Of a DNA stretch of 64,000 nt, positions 9,351 to 19,030 are shown in pieces (within the stretch, counting starts at the first letter, position 1; every line of letters begins with the position of its first letter). Origin of the DNA: an uncultured Gemmatimonadota bacterium (GTDB taxonomy: Bacteria; SM23-81; DAOVCL01); contig CAZVGK010000002.1 in NCBI GenBank assembly GCA_964626665.1, forward strand, positions 64,001 to 128,000, written 5' to 3'. Below the pieces are notes generated by a model. It worked only from the letters and a program-made list of their open reading frames with translations, searched no databases and was not told the DNA's origin. The position numbers and the translations under genes were made by a program.

Positions 9351-10389
9351 GAAGGTCTTGCTAATTCAGACCGGTTTCCTTGGAGATCTGATCCTCTCCA
9401 CCCCTTTAATTAGAGCTACCAAAGAGGCATTTCCGGCAGCCGAACTGTTTTTCCTCGCTATTCCCTCTGTAGCCCCTGCCTTGGCCCATAACCCCAATTT
9501 GACCCAGGTGATGACCTATGACAAAAGAGGAAGGGATGGGGGATTAAGGGGTTTTCTGCGGGTAAAGAAGAAGTTAAGGGAGATTAGGGTTGATCTGGCC
9601 CTAATCCCTCATCGTTCTCTGAGGTCCGCCCTTTTAGCCATAGGCGCTGGAGCCAGGGAGAGGATAGGCTTTGATCGGAGCGCTGGTTTCTTCCTCCTTA
9701 CCAAAAGGGTTACCTACCAATGGGGAATCCACGAGGTGGAAAGAAACCTCAGTCTCCTCTCCCCCTTAGGGATAAACCCCAGGCCCACCCCTCCAGAGCT
9801 TTTCCCCTCCGATGTGGAAAAAAGAAAAGCGGATGAGTTCCTGAGAGAGGCGGGAATCTCCTCCCAGGACAGGTTGGTAGGGTTTGCCCCTGGCTCCTTT
9901 TGGCCCACTAAAAGGTGGCCCGGGGAGAGGTTTGCCCAGTTGGGGATGATGGTCAGGGATTATGGAGGGAAGGTCGTCCTCCTCGGTTCCTCCTCCGATA
10001 GGGTAGTTTGCCAGGCCATCTCCTCTTTGATAGGGGAAGGGGCTATTGTGGCTGCCGGCAAGCTTTCTCTGTTAGAGGCCGCCTGGCTTCTGACCAGGTT
10101 AAGGGTGCTGGTGGCCAATGATTCGGCTCCTGTGCATATGGCCTCCGCTATGGGGACGCCAGTGGTGGTGCTCTTCGGCCCCACAGTGCCCCAGTTTGGC
10201 TTTGGCCCCTGGGGCCCCGGGGAGGTAATCGAAAGGGAGCTCCCCTGTCGCCCCTGTAGTCCCCATGGCCCCCGGAGGTGCCCTCGGGGAAACTGGGATT
10301 GTATGTTGGGAATAAAGGTTGAGGAGGTCTTTGCCAAGGTAGTTAGGTATCTCACAGAACCTCAGAGGGAAGGGGGATCTCAAACTTGA
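9337..10389 (+). CDS. waaF: Lipopolysaccharide heptosyltransferase II (GT9)
   Basis: FLGDLILSTP, TKRWP, NDSAPVHMASA, LFGPT, CRPC motifs. Confidence 0.88.
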   Translation: MVFIKKVLLIQTGFLGDLILSTPLIRATKEAFPAAELFFLAIPSVAPALAHNPNLTQVMTYDKRGRDGGLRGFLRVKKKLREIRVDLALIPHRSLRSALLAIGAGARERIGFDRSAGFFLLTKRVTYQWGIHEVERNLSLLSPLGINPRPTPPELFPSDVEKRKADEFLREAGISSQDRLVGFAPGSFWPTKRWPGERFAQLGMMVRDYGGKVVLLGSSSDRVVCQAISSLIGEGAIVAAGKLSLLEAAWLLTRLRVLVANDSAPVHMASAMGTPVVVLFGPTVPQFGFGPWGPGEVIERELPCRPCSPHGPRRCPRGNWDCMLGIKVEEVFAKVVRYLTEPQREGGSQT

Positions 10390-10700
10390 TTCAAAAGTGC
10401 TGTCAGGAGTTACCTCTTCCGCCAGGAATCCCGTCGGAACGGGGCTGACAGCTCTGGAAGGGACTGCAGGAATTAAGGGACAGAGCCTCGGCCCTGTCCG
10501 AGAGGAAAGCGGCGGACAGACATAAATGTCTGTCCCTACAGAACTTAGCTTTCTCCCACGAGCCGTTAGAACCCCGATTCTGACGGAAGAGGAAAAGGTG
10601 GCCTCTTGGCCATCCGCCCCTGCACGGAAGTAGAGGAGTTTGCCGTAGGAGGCATCTCCTGATGCCGATGACCGAGGTCTGGAGATCTCTCCCCCAATTC
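10389..10700. repeat. Intergenic mosaic of REP-like palindromes
   Basis: Copy of 7148-7220, GGGACAG..CTGTCCC hairpins, CCGTTAGAACCCCGATTCTGACGG. Confidence 0.75.
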
Positions 10701-10842
10701 AAGGGAGTTATTGGTGGCGATTGAATGTTTCCATCAGAGTGCAGATTACTATGAAAGAGATATCGAGCATGAGGTGGATGAGAGCGAAATAAGAGCCAAC
10801 CTCTACCAAGCAGGAGCAGAGGTTCCCAAGCCTATCCAGGAT

Positions 10843-11697
10843 TTGCTTTCACATCGATCTCCGTCTCATAAGTTTATCTCTTGGCTTAGACTTTGTCGGG
10901 CTCCTAATCTCATCCTGGTTTTCCTCTCAGTGATGGTAGGAGGTTTTATGGGGGGTTTTTCTCCCCTTTGGCGGATCCTGATCGCTGGCCTTTCGGCCTC
11001 CTTGGTGGCCGGCGGAGGGAATGTCTGGGATGATATCTTCGACCTGAGGATAGATAGGGTAAACCGGCCCTCTCGTCCCCTTCCCTCCGGGGATATCGAT
11101 CTCATGGGCGTCTTAAGGCTTGCTTCCCTCCTCTTTTTGGGGGGGCTTGGTTTGAGTCTACTTTTAGGTTTAGAAGCCATATTTTTGGCCCTTCTTTCCT
11201 TTCTTCTTCTCCTCTTTTATCCACTCTTCTCGAGGAGGAAAGGGCTGGTGGGGAATCTGGTGATCAGCCTCTTGAGCGGGTTTGCCTTCCTCTATGGGGG
11301 AATAGCCGTGGGAAATCCCCAGGGGGCCCTGATCCCAGCCCTTTTTGCTCTACTTTACCATCTGGGGCGGGAGCTGTTGAAGGATATTGAAGATCGGGAA
11401 GGAGATAGGGCCGGAGGGAAGACGACCTATCCGCTGGTGCATGGCCTTAATGCCTCCCTCAGGCTGGTTACCCTCAGCTTTGGTGGCTTAATTTGTTTGA
11501 CTTTTTTACCTTTTTTGCTTAATATTTACCATCTCCCTTACCTGTTAACCGTGGGCTTAGGGGTGGACGGTTTTCTCCTCTTCCTGCTCTGGTATCTCTG
11601 GAGGAGGAGGGAGGCAAGCAGTTGGTCAACGGTGAACCAATTGCTGAAGCTAAATATGGTAGTTGGCCTTTTGGCCATCTGTTTAGGAAAGGTTTAG
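10843..11697 (+). CDS. UbiA-superfamily prenyltransferase, DGGGP synthase-like
   Basis: NVWDDIFDLRIDRVNRPSRPLPSG and RELLKDIEDREGD Asp-rich motifs, multiple TM helices; start uncertain (ORF open from 10711, TTG 10843 more plausible). Confidence 0.8.
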   Translation: MLSHRSPSHKFISWLRLCRAPNLILVFLSVMVGGFMGGFSPLWRILIAGLSASLVAGGGNVWDDIFDLRIDRVNRPSRPLPSGDIDLMGVLRLASLLFLGGLGLSLLLGLEAIFLALLSFLLLLFYPLFSRRKGLVGNLVISLLSGFAFLYGGIAVGNPQGALIPALFALLYHLGRELLKDIEDREGDRAGGKTTYPLVHGLNASLRLVTLSFGGLICLTFLPFLLNIYHLPYLLTVGLGVDGFLLFLLWYLWRRREASSWSTVNQLLKLNMVVGLLAICLGKV

Positions 11698-12135
11698 ATG
11701 AGGCTTGTCCTCCAAAGGGTAAGAAGAGCTCAGGTCAAGGTAGATGATCAGTCGGTGGGCAAGGTAGGCCGGGGCCTGGTCGTTCTCATTGGGGTGAGGA
11801 ACGGGGATGGGGAGGAGGATGCCCGGTATTTGGCAGGAAAGGTAGCTAATCTGAGGATCTTTGAGGATGAATCCGGGAGGTTCAATCTCTCGACTTTGGA
11901 TGTGGGTGGGGGAGTTCTGGTTGTCTCCCAGTTCACCCTTTACGGGGACTGTAGAAAGGGGAGAAGGCCAAGCTTTACCCAGGCATCCCCTCCAGAGGAG
12001 GCCCAGCGACTCTACGAGCGGTTCGTCTCGTTCTTAAGGGAAGAGGGGTTGCGGGTGGAAACCGGCATATTTGGGGCTAAGATGTTGGTGGAGATAGAGA
12101 ACCAGGGACCAGTGACCCTGATCTTGGAGAGTTAA
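11698..12135 (+). CDS. dtd: D-aminoacyl-tRNA deacylase
   Basis: [25 protein letters not shown] motifs. Confidence 0.96.
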   Translation: MRLVLQRVRRAQVKVDDQSVGKVGRGLVVLIGVRNGDGEEDARYLAGKVANLRIFEDESGRFNLSTLDVGGGVLVVSQFTLYGDCRKGRRPSFTQASPPEEAQRLYERFVSFLREEGLRVETGIFGAKMLVEIENQGPVTLILES

Positions 12136-12136
12136 A

Positions 12137-12730
12137 ATGATCTGGAGGCCCCAATCCGAAGGGAAGCTGATTTTGGCCTCATCGTCGCCACGGCGGGCCC
12201 AGTTGCTGCGGCAGGTAGGCATCCCCTTTCGCACAATGGAGGTGAATGTGGAGGAGGGATTTTCAGAAGAGAGGTCCCCAGCCGACTATGTCCTCTCCTT
12301 GGCGGAGAGAAAGGCCCTCTCTGCTGCCTCCAAGCTAAGAGAGGGGATTGTGCTGGGAGCAGATACCATAGTCTTTTTTCAGGGGGAGATAATGGGGAAG
12401 CCTCAGGATGCCCAGGAGGCGAAGGAGATGCTCTCCCGATTAAGCGGTCATACTCATCAGGTCTATACGGGCCTTGCCTTAATCGATGTGGGTAGAGGAA
12501 GGAAGGCCACGGGATTTGAGGTGACTAAGGTGAGGTTTCGCCCCCTTTCCGCAGAGTTTATCGCCAGCTATGTGGAGACGGGGGAGCCCTTGGACAAGGC
12601 CGGGGCCTATGGAGTGCAGAAAAAGGGCGCCCTTTTGGTGGAAAGAGTGGAGGGATGTTTCTATAATGTGGTAGGCCTTCCCCTCTCCAAGCTATTGACC
12701 CTTCTGCAGGAGCTGGGATATGGAACTTAA
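12137..12730 (+). CDS. maf: Maf family nucleotide pyrophosphatase
   Basis: LASSSPRR, GADTIV, KAGAYGVQ, NVVGLP. Confidence 0.95.
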   Translation: MIWRPQSEGKLILASSSPRRAQLLRQVGIPFRTMEVNVEEGFSEERSPADYVLSLAERKALSAASKLREGIVLGADTIVFFQGEIMGKPQDAQEAKEMLSRLSGHTHQVYTGLALIDVGRGRKATGFEVTKVRFRPLSAEFIASYVETGEPLDKAGAYGVQKKGALLVERVEGCFYNVVGLPLSKLLTLLQELGYGT

Positions 12731-13460
12731 GAAGCTCGGCCGTTATCTGCAGAAGGAGAGGAGGGAGCGCAAGATAAGTCTGCGGGATATTGCTGGGGAG
12801 ACCAGGATAAACATCAAATATCTAAAGGCGATAGAGGAGGGTAGAGTTGAGGAACTTCCCCAAGACCCCTACCTTACCGCCTTTCTGAAGTCCTATTGTC
12901 AGCAGGTAGGCCTAAATTTTCCAGAGGTAAAGGGGATGTTTTCCCAGGAGGAAATCCCCTCGGTAGTGGAGCAACCTCCCTCTTCCCACCCAAGGTTTTG
13001 GCTGGGACTCCTGCTGCTTCCCATTCTCCTCCTGCTCATCATCCTCTTTCCCAAAAAGTCAAAGAGAACAACAGTTTCCCCCCCTTTATCAGGGAAGCCA
13101 CAGGCCAGATCCCTTGTAACCCCCTCTTCTCTCCCGGGAAGCCTGATTGTGATTAACCCAGATACCTTACCTCAGGGACCTCCGTTTAAGCCCGATACGC
13201 TTAAGCTGGAGTTGGTGGGGCGGGAGTCAACCTGGGTCTTTATCGAGGGGGATTCAGAGGTGCTTTGGCAGGGCATATTGACCCCAGGGCAGAGGAAGGT
13301 GCTCTTCTCCCTTAATGGTTTCCAAGCCACGGTGGGAAATGCCGGGGGGGTGGAGCTCTTCTTTAATGGAAAAAGTTTACGCCGGCTGGGCCCCAGGGGT
13401 AAGGTAGTGCATAACCTAAAGATCGATAGGGAAACCGCAGGGAAACTTTTGCGACAGTGA
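12720..13460 (+). CDS. rodZ: RodZ-like protein (HTH, TM helix, DUF4115)
   Basis: N-terminal HTH (YLKAIEEG), single TM helix, C-terminal VGNAGGVELFFNGK. Confidence 0.85.
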   Translation: MELKKLGRYLQKERRERKISLRDIAGETRINIKYLKAIEEGRVEELPQDPYLTAFLKSYCQQVGLNFPEVKGMFSQEEIPSVVEQPPSSHPRFWLGLLLLPILLLLIILFPKKSKRTTVSPPLSGKPQARSLVTPSSLPGSLIVINPDTLPQGPPFKPDTLKLELVGRESTWVFIEGDSEVLWQGILTPGQRKVLFSLNGFQATVGNAGGVELFFNGKSLRRLGPRGKVVHNLKIDRETAGKLLRQ

Positions 13461-14245
13461 GCGATAAGATAATCTTCTTAGGAACTGCCGGGGCGAGGTT
13501 TGTAGTTACCAGCCAGATTAGGGCCTCAGGGGGGATGTGGCTCTCTTTAGGGAAAACAAACCTCTACCTGGATCCCGGGCCGGGGGCCTTGGTCAAATGC
13601 AGGTCAAGGAGGGAGAAGCTCGATCCAGTAAAGCTAAATGGGATAATCCTCTCCCACCGGCATTTGGACCATAGCTGCGATGTGAATATTATGATAGAGG
13701 CGATGACCAAGGGGGGTTTTGAGAAGAGGGGGAAGGTTTTTGCCCCGGCCCAGGCCTTGGAGGATGATCCGGTCATCCTACGCTATGTGCGGGAGTATGT
13801 AGAGGATGTGGTTGTCTTAAAGGAAGGGGGGGAATACCAGCTTGGGGAGGTAAGTTTCTCCACCCCCCTCAGGCATATCCATGGAGAGGCGGAAACCTAT
13901 GGGATAAACTTCAGCTTCTCCCCTTATACTATCTCCTACATAGCGGACACCAGGTTCTTCCCCCAACTAATTGAGCAATACCGGGGCCAGCTTCTGATCA
14001 TCAATGTGGTCAGGCTTAAACCCTCTGAACTGGATCATCTCTCTCTGCAGGATGCCGAGAGGATAATCACCGAAGTGAAGCCCAAGGCCGCCGTCCTCAC
14101 CCATTTTGGCATGACAATGATCAGGGCCAAGCCCTGGGAACTTGCCGCTGAGCTCTCTCAGAGGACAGGAGTGGAGGTCATCGCCGCCCGGGATGGAATG
14201 ACCTTCGAGCTGGAAAAATTGAAAAGGGCCTTCAAAATAGGATAA
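13457..14245 (+). CDS. MBL-fold metallo-hydrolase
   Basis: FLGTAG, DPGPG, SHRHLDH (HxHxDH), ADT, THFG. Confidence 0.9.
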   Translation: MSDKIIFLGTAGARFVVTSQIRASGGMWLSLGKTNLYLDPGPGALVKCRSRREKLDPVKLNGIILSHRHLDHSCDVNIMIEAMTKGGFEKRGKVFAPAQALEDDPVILRYVREYVEDVVVLKEGGEYQLGEVSFSTPLRHIHGEAETYGINFSFSPYTISYIADTRFFPQLIEQYRGQLLIINVVRLKPSELDHLSLQDAERIITEVKPKAAVLTHFGMTMIRAKPWELAAELSQRTGVEVIAARDGMTFELEKLKRAFKIG

Positions 14246-14325
14246 GCGGGTAAGAGAAGGTTTCTGATTGGTTGAAATCCTTTTAGCCCCAATTATTCAT
14301 AAGATCCATTTCAGATACTTCGAGC

Positions 14326-14465
14326 GGTCAGATGCCCTCATCTGGCCGCCTCCTAATGAGCTATCAGGTGTTCTCACCTGCAAGCAAGAGAGGAGGGCGG
14401 CAGAATCGGGGTTTTGCCACCTCACTTCGGGGATAAAAAGTAGGGACAGACCTTCAGGTCTGTCC
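14326..14465. repeat. REP-like palindrome cluster
   Basis: GGCAGAATCGGGGTTTTGCCACCTC (also near 18699 and 42814) and GGGACAGACCTTCAGGTCTGTCC. Confidence 0.7.
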
Positions 14466-14491
14466 GCTTACCTTAAGGAAAGGAATTCAAA

Positions 14492-17242
14492 ATGCTAAAA
14501 AAACTTGCTATTTTCACAATGCTTTTTGGCCTATTTGCCCCCGTTGTTCAGGGTGGGGAATTAGAGGAAATCCAGCGGGCTATCAAGGAGAAGGGGGCAA
14601 AGTGGACTGCCGGGGAGACATCGGTGTCCAAGCTTCCTCCTGAGGAGAGAAGAAGGCTCTTAGGGGCCATATTAGAAGGCCCTGAGAGAGGGGGAAAGGT
14701 GGCTTTGTTCACCGCCGATTCTTTACCTGCTCAGTTTGACTGGCGGGACTATGGAGGTTACGATTGGACAACCCCTATCAAGGACCAAGTAGGGTGTGGA
14801 AGCTGCGTAGCCTTTGCCGTGGTAGGGGCATTTGAAGGGGATATAAAGGTTAATTTCAATGCTCCCCAGTTGAATATTGACCTTTCAGAGCAATACCTTT
14901 TCTCCTGTGGAAGAGGCCCCGGGGGGTGTGAGTATGGGTGGGATAACAGCTCTGCTCTAAACTATCTTAGATCGCACGGGACGCCAGACGAGGCCTGTCT
15001 TCCTTATGCTGCCGTTGATAATAACTGCGACCAGGCTTGCTCAGATTGGCAGATGAGAGCCAGGGGAATTGAAGAATGGATGGGCGTACTCGGGCTGGTA
15101 GAGCAGATCAAAGCCGCCCTCTACTCCAAGGGGCCATTAGTTACCGATATGTCAGTCTATACGGATTTTATGTCTTACGACAGTGGGGTATATGAATATG
15201 TTTGGGGGGATTATGAGGGCGGGCATGCAGTGGCCATTGTGGGCTGGAGCGATCCGGATTCTTGTTGGATCTGTAAGAACAGTTGGGGCACATCCCATTG
15301 GGGAGAAGATGGATGGTTCAGGATAAAATGGGGGCAATGTGGCATAAATTCGGGGGTAAAATGGATGACCCCCTCCCAACCCCCCTATCCTAAGCTGCTA
15401 TTTGCCTCCTATATCGTTTCTGATACAGAGTTTGGTGACGGCGATGGGGTTTTAAACCCAGGGGAGAGGGTGGATCTTCTGGTGGCCTTGAGAAATGAGA
15501 TAAGCTGGGGCCAGGCGGATACTGTTACAGCAACTCTTAGGTGTGATGATCCTCGGGTTACCATCTTAGACAGCCTGGGAAGTTATGGAGTCATTCAGGA
15601 TGATGACTCGGCATTCAACTCTGCTGATCCCTTTCAGGTCTCTGTCTCTGAAAGCGTGGGAGTGGAAGCAATCTCGATGGAACTCTACATAGAGGCTAAT
15701 CAGGGGGGAGATCACCCCTATTCCACTCTCCGAGGATTTGAGCTAAAAGTGGGTTGGGCTCAGCGGGGATGGCCGGTTCACCTCCAAGATGTCGTTCAAT
15801 CATCCCCCTTGATGCTGGACATTGACGGAGATAATCAGACGGAGGTTATCTTCGGTGGTTTTGATGGCAGACTCTATGTGAAGACCTTCGATGGGCAGGA
15901 TAAGGGTGGTTTCCCCTTCCAGGCTGGGTGGTTTATCGAGGGTTCTCCAGCGGTGGGGGATATAGATAGGGACGATACACTGGATATAGTCTTCGGCTCC
16001 TGGGATTACAAGATATACTGCTTGAGAGCCAATGGCCAGTCACTTTTCCCTCCTGTTTCTACTGGGAGTTTTATCCAAGCCACTCCGGTTCTTGCTGATC
16101 TTAATGATGATGATAGTCTGGAGATAATCGTGGGAAGCTGTGACAGGAATTTCTATGTGTTGAAAAGCGACGGCTCAAGTTTTAATGACAGTTTCCCCTA
16201 CTGGGTGGGCAGTTCCATCACCCTGGGGGCTGCCGTAGGTGACATTGATGGAGATGGCCAAAAGGATTTAGTCTTTGTCACTTCCAATAACAAGGTGTAT
16301 GCCCTCTCCCAGGATGGGAATCTTTTGCCAGGCTGGCCTGTTCAGTTGGGAGGAAAGGTAAGCTCTCCCCCCTCTATCGCCGATCTGGATGGAAGTGGCT
16401 CCAAGGTGGTGGTTGGATGTGAGGATAAGAAACTCTATATCCTGAACCCTGACAGCACATTTGATCTTGTCTTCTCTGCCGGGGGAATGATAAAGGGTTC
16501 ACCTTCCTTTGTCCCTGTGGGAGAAGGTTTAGCCATTGCCTTCGGAACAAGTAATGGACTGCTATACCTTATCAAAGGGGATAGTTCCTTAGTCGCTGGT
16601 TGGCCTATCGATGTGGGTAACTCTTTAGAATCCTCCCCTTGCTTCTCAGACCTGGATGGTGATAGCTTACCTGAGATAGTGGTCTTGAGCAAGGATGGCA
16701 ATCTCTATGCTTACAACCTCAATGGGGAGATACTCCCTCATTTCCCCATACCAGGAGGAGGGAAAGGCCCTTCTTCACCGGCTATTGCCGATCTGGATGG
16801 GGATGGGGACTTGGAGATAGCCTTTGGCCGCAGCCTGGGGGTTCAGATCATCGATTACAAGGCTCAATCAAGTCAAGGTGGATACTGGAGTATGTTTCGG
16901 GGGAACCCCTGCCGCACCGGTAACTATGCTGATATATTCACCGGGATTTCTGAGAGAGAAGAGGAAAGGATCGTTCCTCTCAGGTATACCCTCTATCAAA
17001 ACTACCCCAACCCTTTCAATCCCACTACGATAATCAGATATAGTTTACCGCAAACCGGATATGTTAAACTCACCGTCTACAACATTCTCGGAGAGAAAGT
17101 GTTAAGCTTGGTTGATGGCTATCAAAAGGCAGGGGAGAAGAGGGTCAGGTGGCAGGCCAACTCCTTCTCTTCGGGTATCTACTTTTGCCAGCTAAAGGTA
17201 GATGGGCAGACTGTAACCAAGAAGCTTGCTTTGGTCAAGTAA
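14492..17242 (+). CDS. Secreted C1A (papain-like) cysteine protease with FG-GAP-like repeats and T9SS-type C-terminal sorting domain
   Basis: QVGCGSCVAF, GGHAV and KNSWG triad motifs; DIDGDG repeats; C-terminal YTLYQNYPNPFNP...KKLALVK. Confidence 0.9.
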   Translation: MLKKLAIFTMLFGLFAPVVQGGELEEIQRAIKEKGAKWTAGETSVSKLPPEERRRLLGAILEGPERGGKVALFTADSLPAQFDWRDYGGYDWTTPIKDQVGCGSCVAFAVVGAFEGDIKVNFNAPQLNIDLSEQYLFSCGRGPGGCEYGWDNSSALNYLRSHGTPDEACLPYAAVDNNCDQACSDWQMRARGIEEWMGVLGLVEQIKAALYSKGPLVTDMSVYTDFMSYDSGVYEYVWGDYEGGHAVAIVGWSDPDSCWICKNSWGTSHWGEDGWFRIKWGQCGINSGVKWMTPSQPPYPKLLFASYIVSDTEFGDGDGVLNPGERVDLLVALRNEISWGQADTVTATLRCDDPRVTILDSLGSYGVIQDDDSAFNSADPFQVSVSESVGVEAISMELYIEANQGGDHPYSTLRGFELKVGWAQRGWPVHLQDVVQSSPLMLDIDGDNQTEVIFGGFDGRLYVKTFDGQDKGGFPFQAGWFIEGSPAVGDIDRDDTLDIVFGSWDYKIYCLRANGQSLFPPVSTGSFIQATPVLADLNDDDSLEIIVGSCDRNFYVLKSDGSSFNDSFPYWVGSSITLGAAVGDIDGDGQKDLVFVTSNNKVYALSQDGNLLPGWPVQLGGKVSSPPSIADLDGSGSKVVVGCEDKKLYILNPDSTFDLVFSAGGMIKGSPSFVPVGEGLAIAFGTSNGLLYLIKGDSSLVAGWPIDVGNSLESSPCFSDLDGDSLPEIVVLSKDGNLYAYNLNGEILPHFPIPGGGKGPSSPAIADLDGDGDLEIAFGRSLGVQIIDYKAQSSQGGYWSMFRGNPCRTGNYADIFTGISEREEERIVPLRYTLYQNYPNPFNPTTIIRYSLPQTGYVKLTVYNILGEKVLSLVDGYQKAGEKRVRWQANSFSSGIYFCQLKVDGQTVTKKLALVK

Positions 17243-17255
17243 GGGAAGTAATTTA

Positions 17256-17440
17256 GGGGCGATGTGACCGTTGGCAAAACTTAGGTTTCCCCTTCTGCTC
17301 AGAAAGCAGAAAAGCCGATAGAATTTACAAAAGGAGTCTAAAAACTCTGGCTAAACTATGGAAGCGGGAGTTAGGATTGTTTTTGTGGTTCCTCTATAAA
17401 AAGATCCAGTAACGATCTTATAGGGTTTGCATCGCCTTTT
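17256..17440. other. Candidate structured non-coding element (about 185 nt) closed by a terminal stem
   Basis: GGCGATG (17258) pairs with CATCGCC (17430-17436); internal hairpins TTCTGCTCAGAAAGCAGAA and CTATAA..AGATC..GATCTTATAG. Confidence 0.35.
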
Positions 17441-17451
17441 GTAAAAACCGT

Positions 17452-17480
17452 TTGACAAAGCCGAGGGGATTTTGTAATTT
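17452..17480 (+). promoter_or_regulatory. Sigma70-type promoter of the STAS gene
   Basis: TTGACA-17 nt-TAATTT. Confidence 0.55.
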
Positions 17481-17535
17481 TAAGATGAAACTAAACCTTT
17501 AAAAACCCGTAATATTAAACGGAGAGGGCCCAAGC

Positions 17536-17874
17536 TTGAAGTTCTCATACAGGGAAGAGGATGATGTGACCATTGTGGAACCCCAGGGGAAGATTATGGG
17601 CGGTCCGGACGCCAGTCATCTCCATGAGAGGTTGTATGAGCTTATTGACCAAGGGAAGAGGAAGGTGGTAGTGAACCTCTCTGGGGTGAACTGGATGAAT
17701 AGCTCAGGGCTGGGTATATTGATCGGCAGTCTGATTAGCCTGAGAAACAATGGGGGAAACCTAAAGTTGGCTCAGGTAACCGAGAGGATAAAAAACCTCC
17801 TGCAGATTACGAAACTGGATGCAGTGTTCGATAGCTATGAGACGGTAGAGGAAGCCATAGAGAGCTTCAGTTAA
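17536..17874 (+). CDS. STAS domain anti-sigma factor antagonist (RsbV/SpoIIAA-like)
   Basis: VNWMNSSGLGIL phosphoacceptor motif, 112 aa. Confidence 0.92.
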   Translation: MKFSYREEDDVTIVEPQGKIMGGPDASHLHERLYELIDQGKRKVVVNLSGVNWMNSSGLGILIGSLISLRNNGGNLKLAQVTERIKNLLQITKLDAVFDSYETVEEAIESFS

Positions 17875-17905
17875 GCAAGGTGAAACCAAATCATCTTCCC
17901 ATTGT

Positions 17906-17932
17906 AAGGTAGGTCTGAAGCCTACCTTTTTT
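17906..17932 (+). terminator. Probable intrinsic terminator
   Basis: AAGGTAGG-TCTGAAG-CCTACCTT followed by a T run. Confidence 0.55.
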
Positions 17933-18297
17933 GATATATCCCTTAAGCGAAGCTTTGCCCCCAATCAACGGGGCGTGAAGCCTGGCCCGTGGGTAGTTTC
18001 ACACCCTACGGGGCCAGTAGGAAAATCCGAAATCCGAAATAAATTCCGATTGACCCCGTTAGATAAATAATTCTGTATCTAACGGGGTAAACCAACCCCC
18101 CAATTCTCTGAACCAAAAACAAGTTTGCTTTAGATGTTTGGGACATTTGCCCCCGGATTATGCATTGGGAAACCACAAGATTTCACCAGATTATCACCAG
18201 ATATGGAGAACAATAGGCTCACAAAAACTTCAATTCAGACTCCTCCTTCACCTAAAGGATGAGAATCCATATCCTGGAAGGTTCTTATGTAATCTGT

Positions 18298-18938
18298 ACT
18301 ACAACCTTGTAAGATAAGATCATGTTTTTTGAGCAAAGTTTTCCAGGTAGGCTTGAGCGGCCAACTTCTACCGCACTTTAGTGCCGGTCCCCATACGGGC
18401 TAAAGCCCGGCAAAGGTTACCCCGACTAAAGTCGGGTAGAATGAGATTGCTTCGTCGTCCCAAAAGCTTCTGGGACTCCTCGCCCTGTTAGATAAGTCTC
18501 ATAAATTTTGGCTCTTGCCAAGATGTTATTGATATCTAACAGGGCGAGCAATGACATTCCCCTTACCGGTCATTGCGAGGCTTGCCCTAAGCTGCAGCGA
18601 GGTGGCAAGCCGAAGCAATCTCCGACTTCTACCGCACGTTTGCCCTGAGGGATCTCCCCGAGCAGGTAGATGCCCTCATCTGACGGCAAAGGAAGAGTGG
18701 CAGAATCGGGGTTCTGCCACCTCGGTGATTCTTATTCGGGTAGATTCGTTTATTTGTGTCATTCGTGTTCCGGAGATTCAGTGAAATCCGTGACTGTTGT
18801 TTGGTAGCAACCGCAGAGCCTCTAAGATTGCAGAGAAGATAAAAAGCAGAAGGAAGATGAGATAAAACGATTGGTTAAAAATCTTTAAACTTTGCGTTCT
18901 TTGCGGTGAATTATTTGGTTGCGGCTTTGTCGCGCTGT
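18298..18938. mobile_element. ORF-less composite REP-carrying insertion, copy 1
   Basis: Flanked by CTGT (18294-97, 18935-38); ends and module order homologous to 42414-42946. Confidence 0.7.
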
Positions 18939-19030
18939 GCAAATCTGCGTTCATCTGCGGTTTGATTGGGTCGTGAAGGAGGTTAGTGAAGCTAAAAATT
19001 GCAAATTGGAGACAACGATAAGGGAAACAG

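Noticed and set aside
10711-10842. N-terminal extension of the prenyltransferase
   Set aside because: Not family-like; the conserved region begins near WLRLCR, so a later start is more plausible
17340-17375. c-di-GMP-I riboswitch
   Set aside because: Only a loose resemblance to the second stem; first stem and conserved junction not found
18164-18250. Possible GxxExxY gene remnant (MENNRLTK) after decamer repeats
   Set aside because: Match too short to support a call
18479-18548. attC site from GTTAGAT/ATCTAAC
   Set aside because: The core boxes are in the reverse order for an attC and there is no cassette gene
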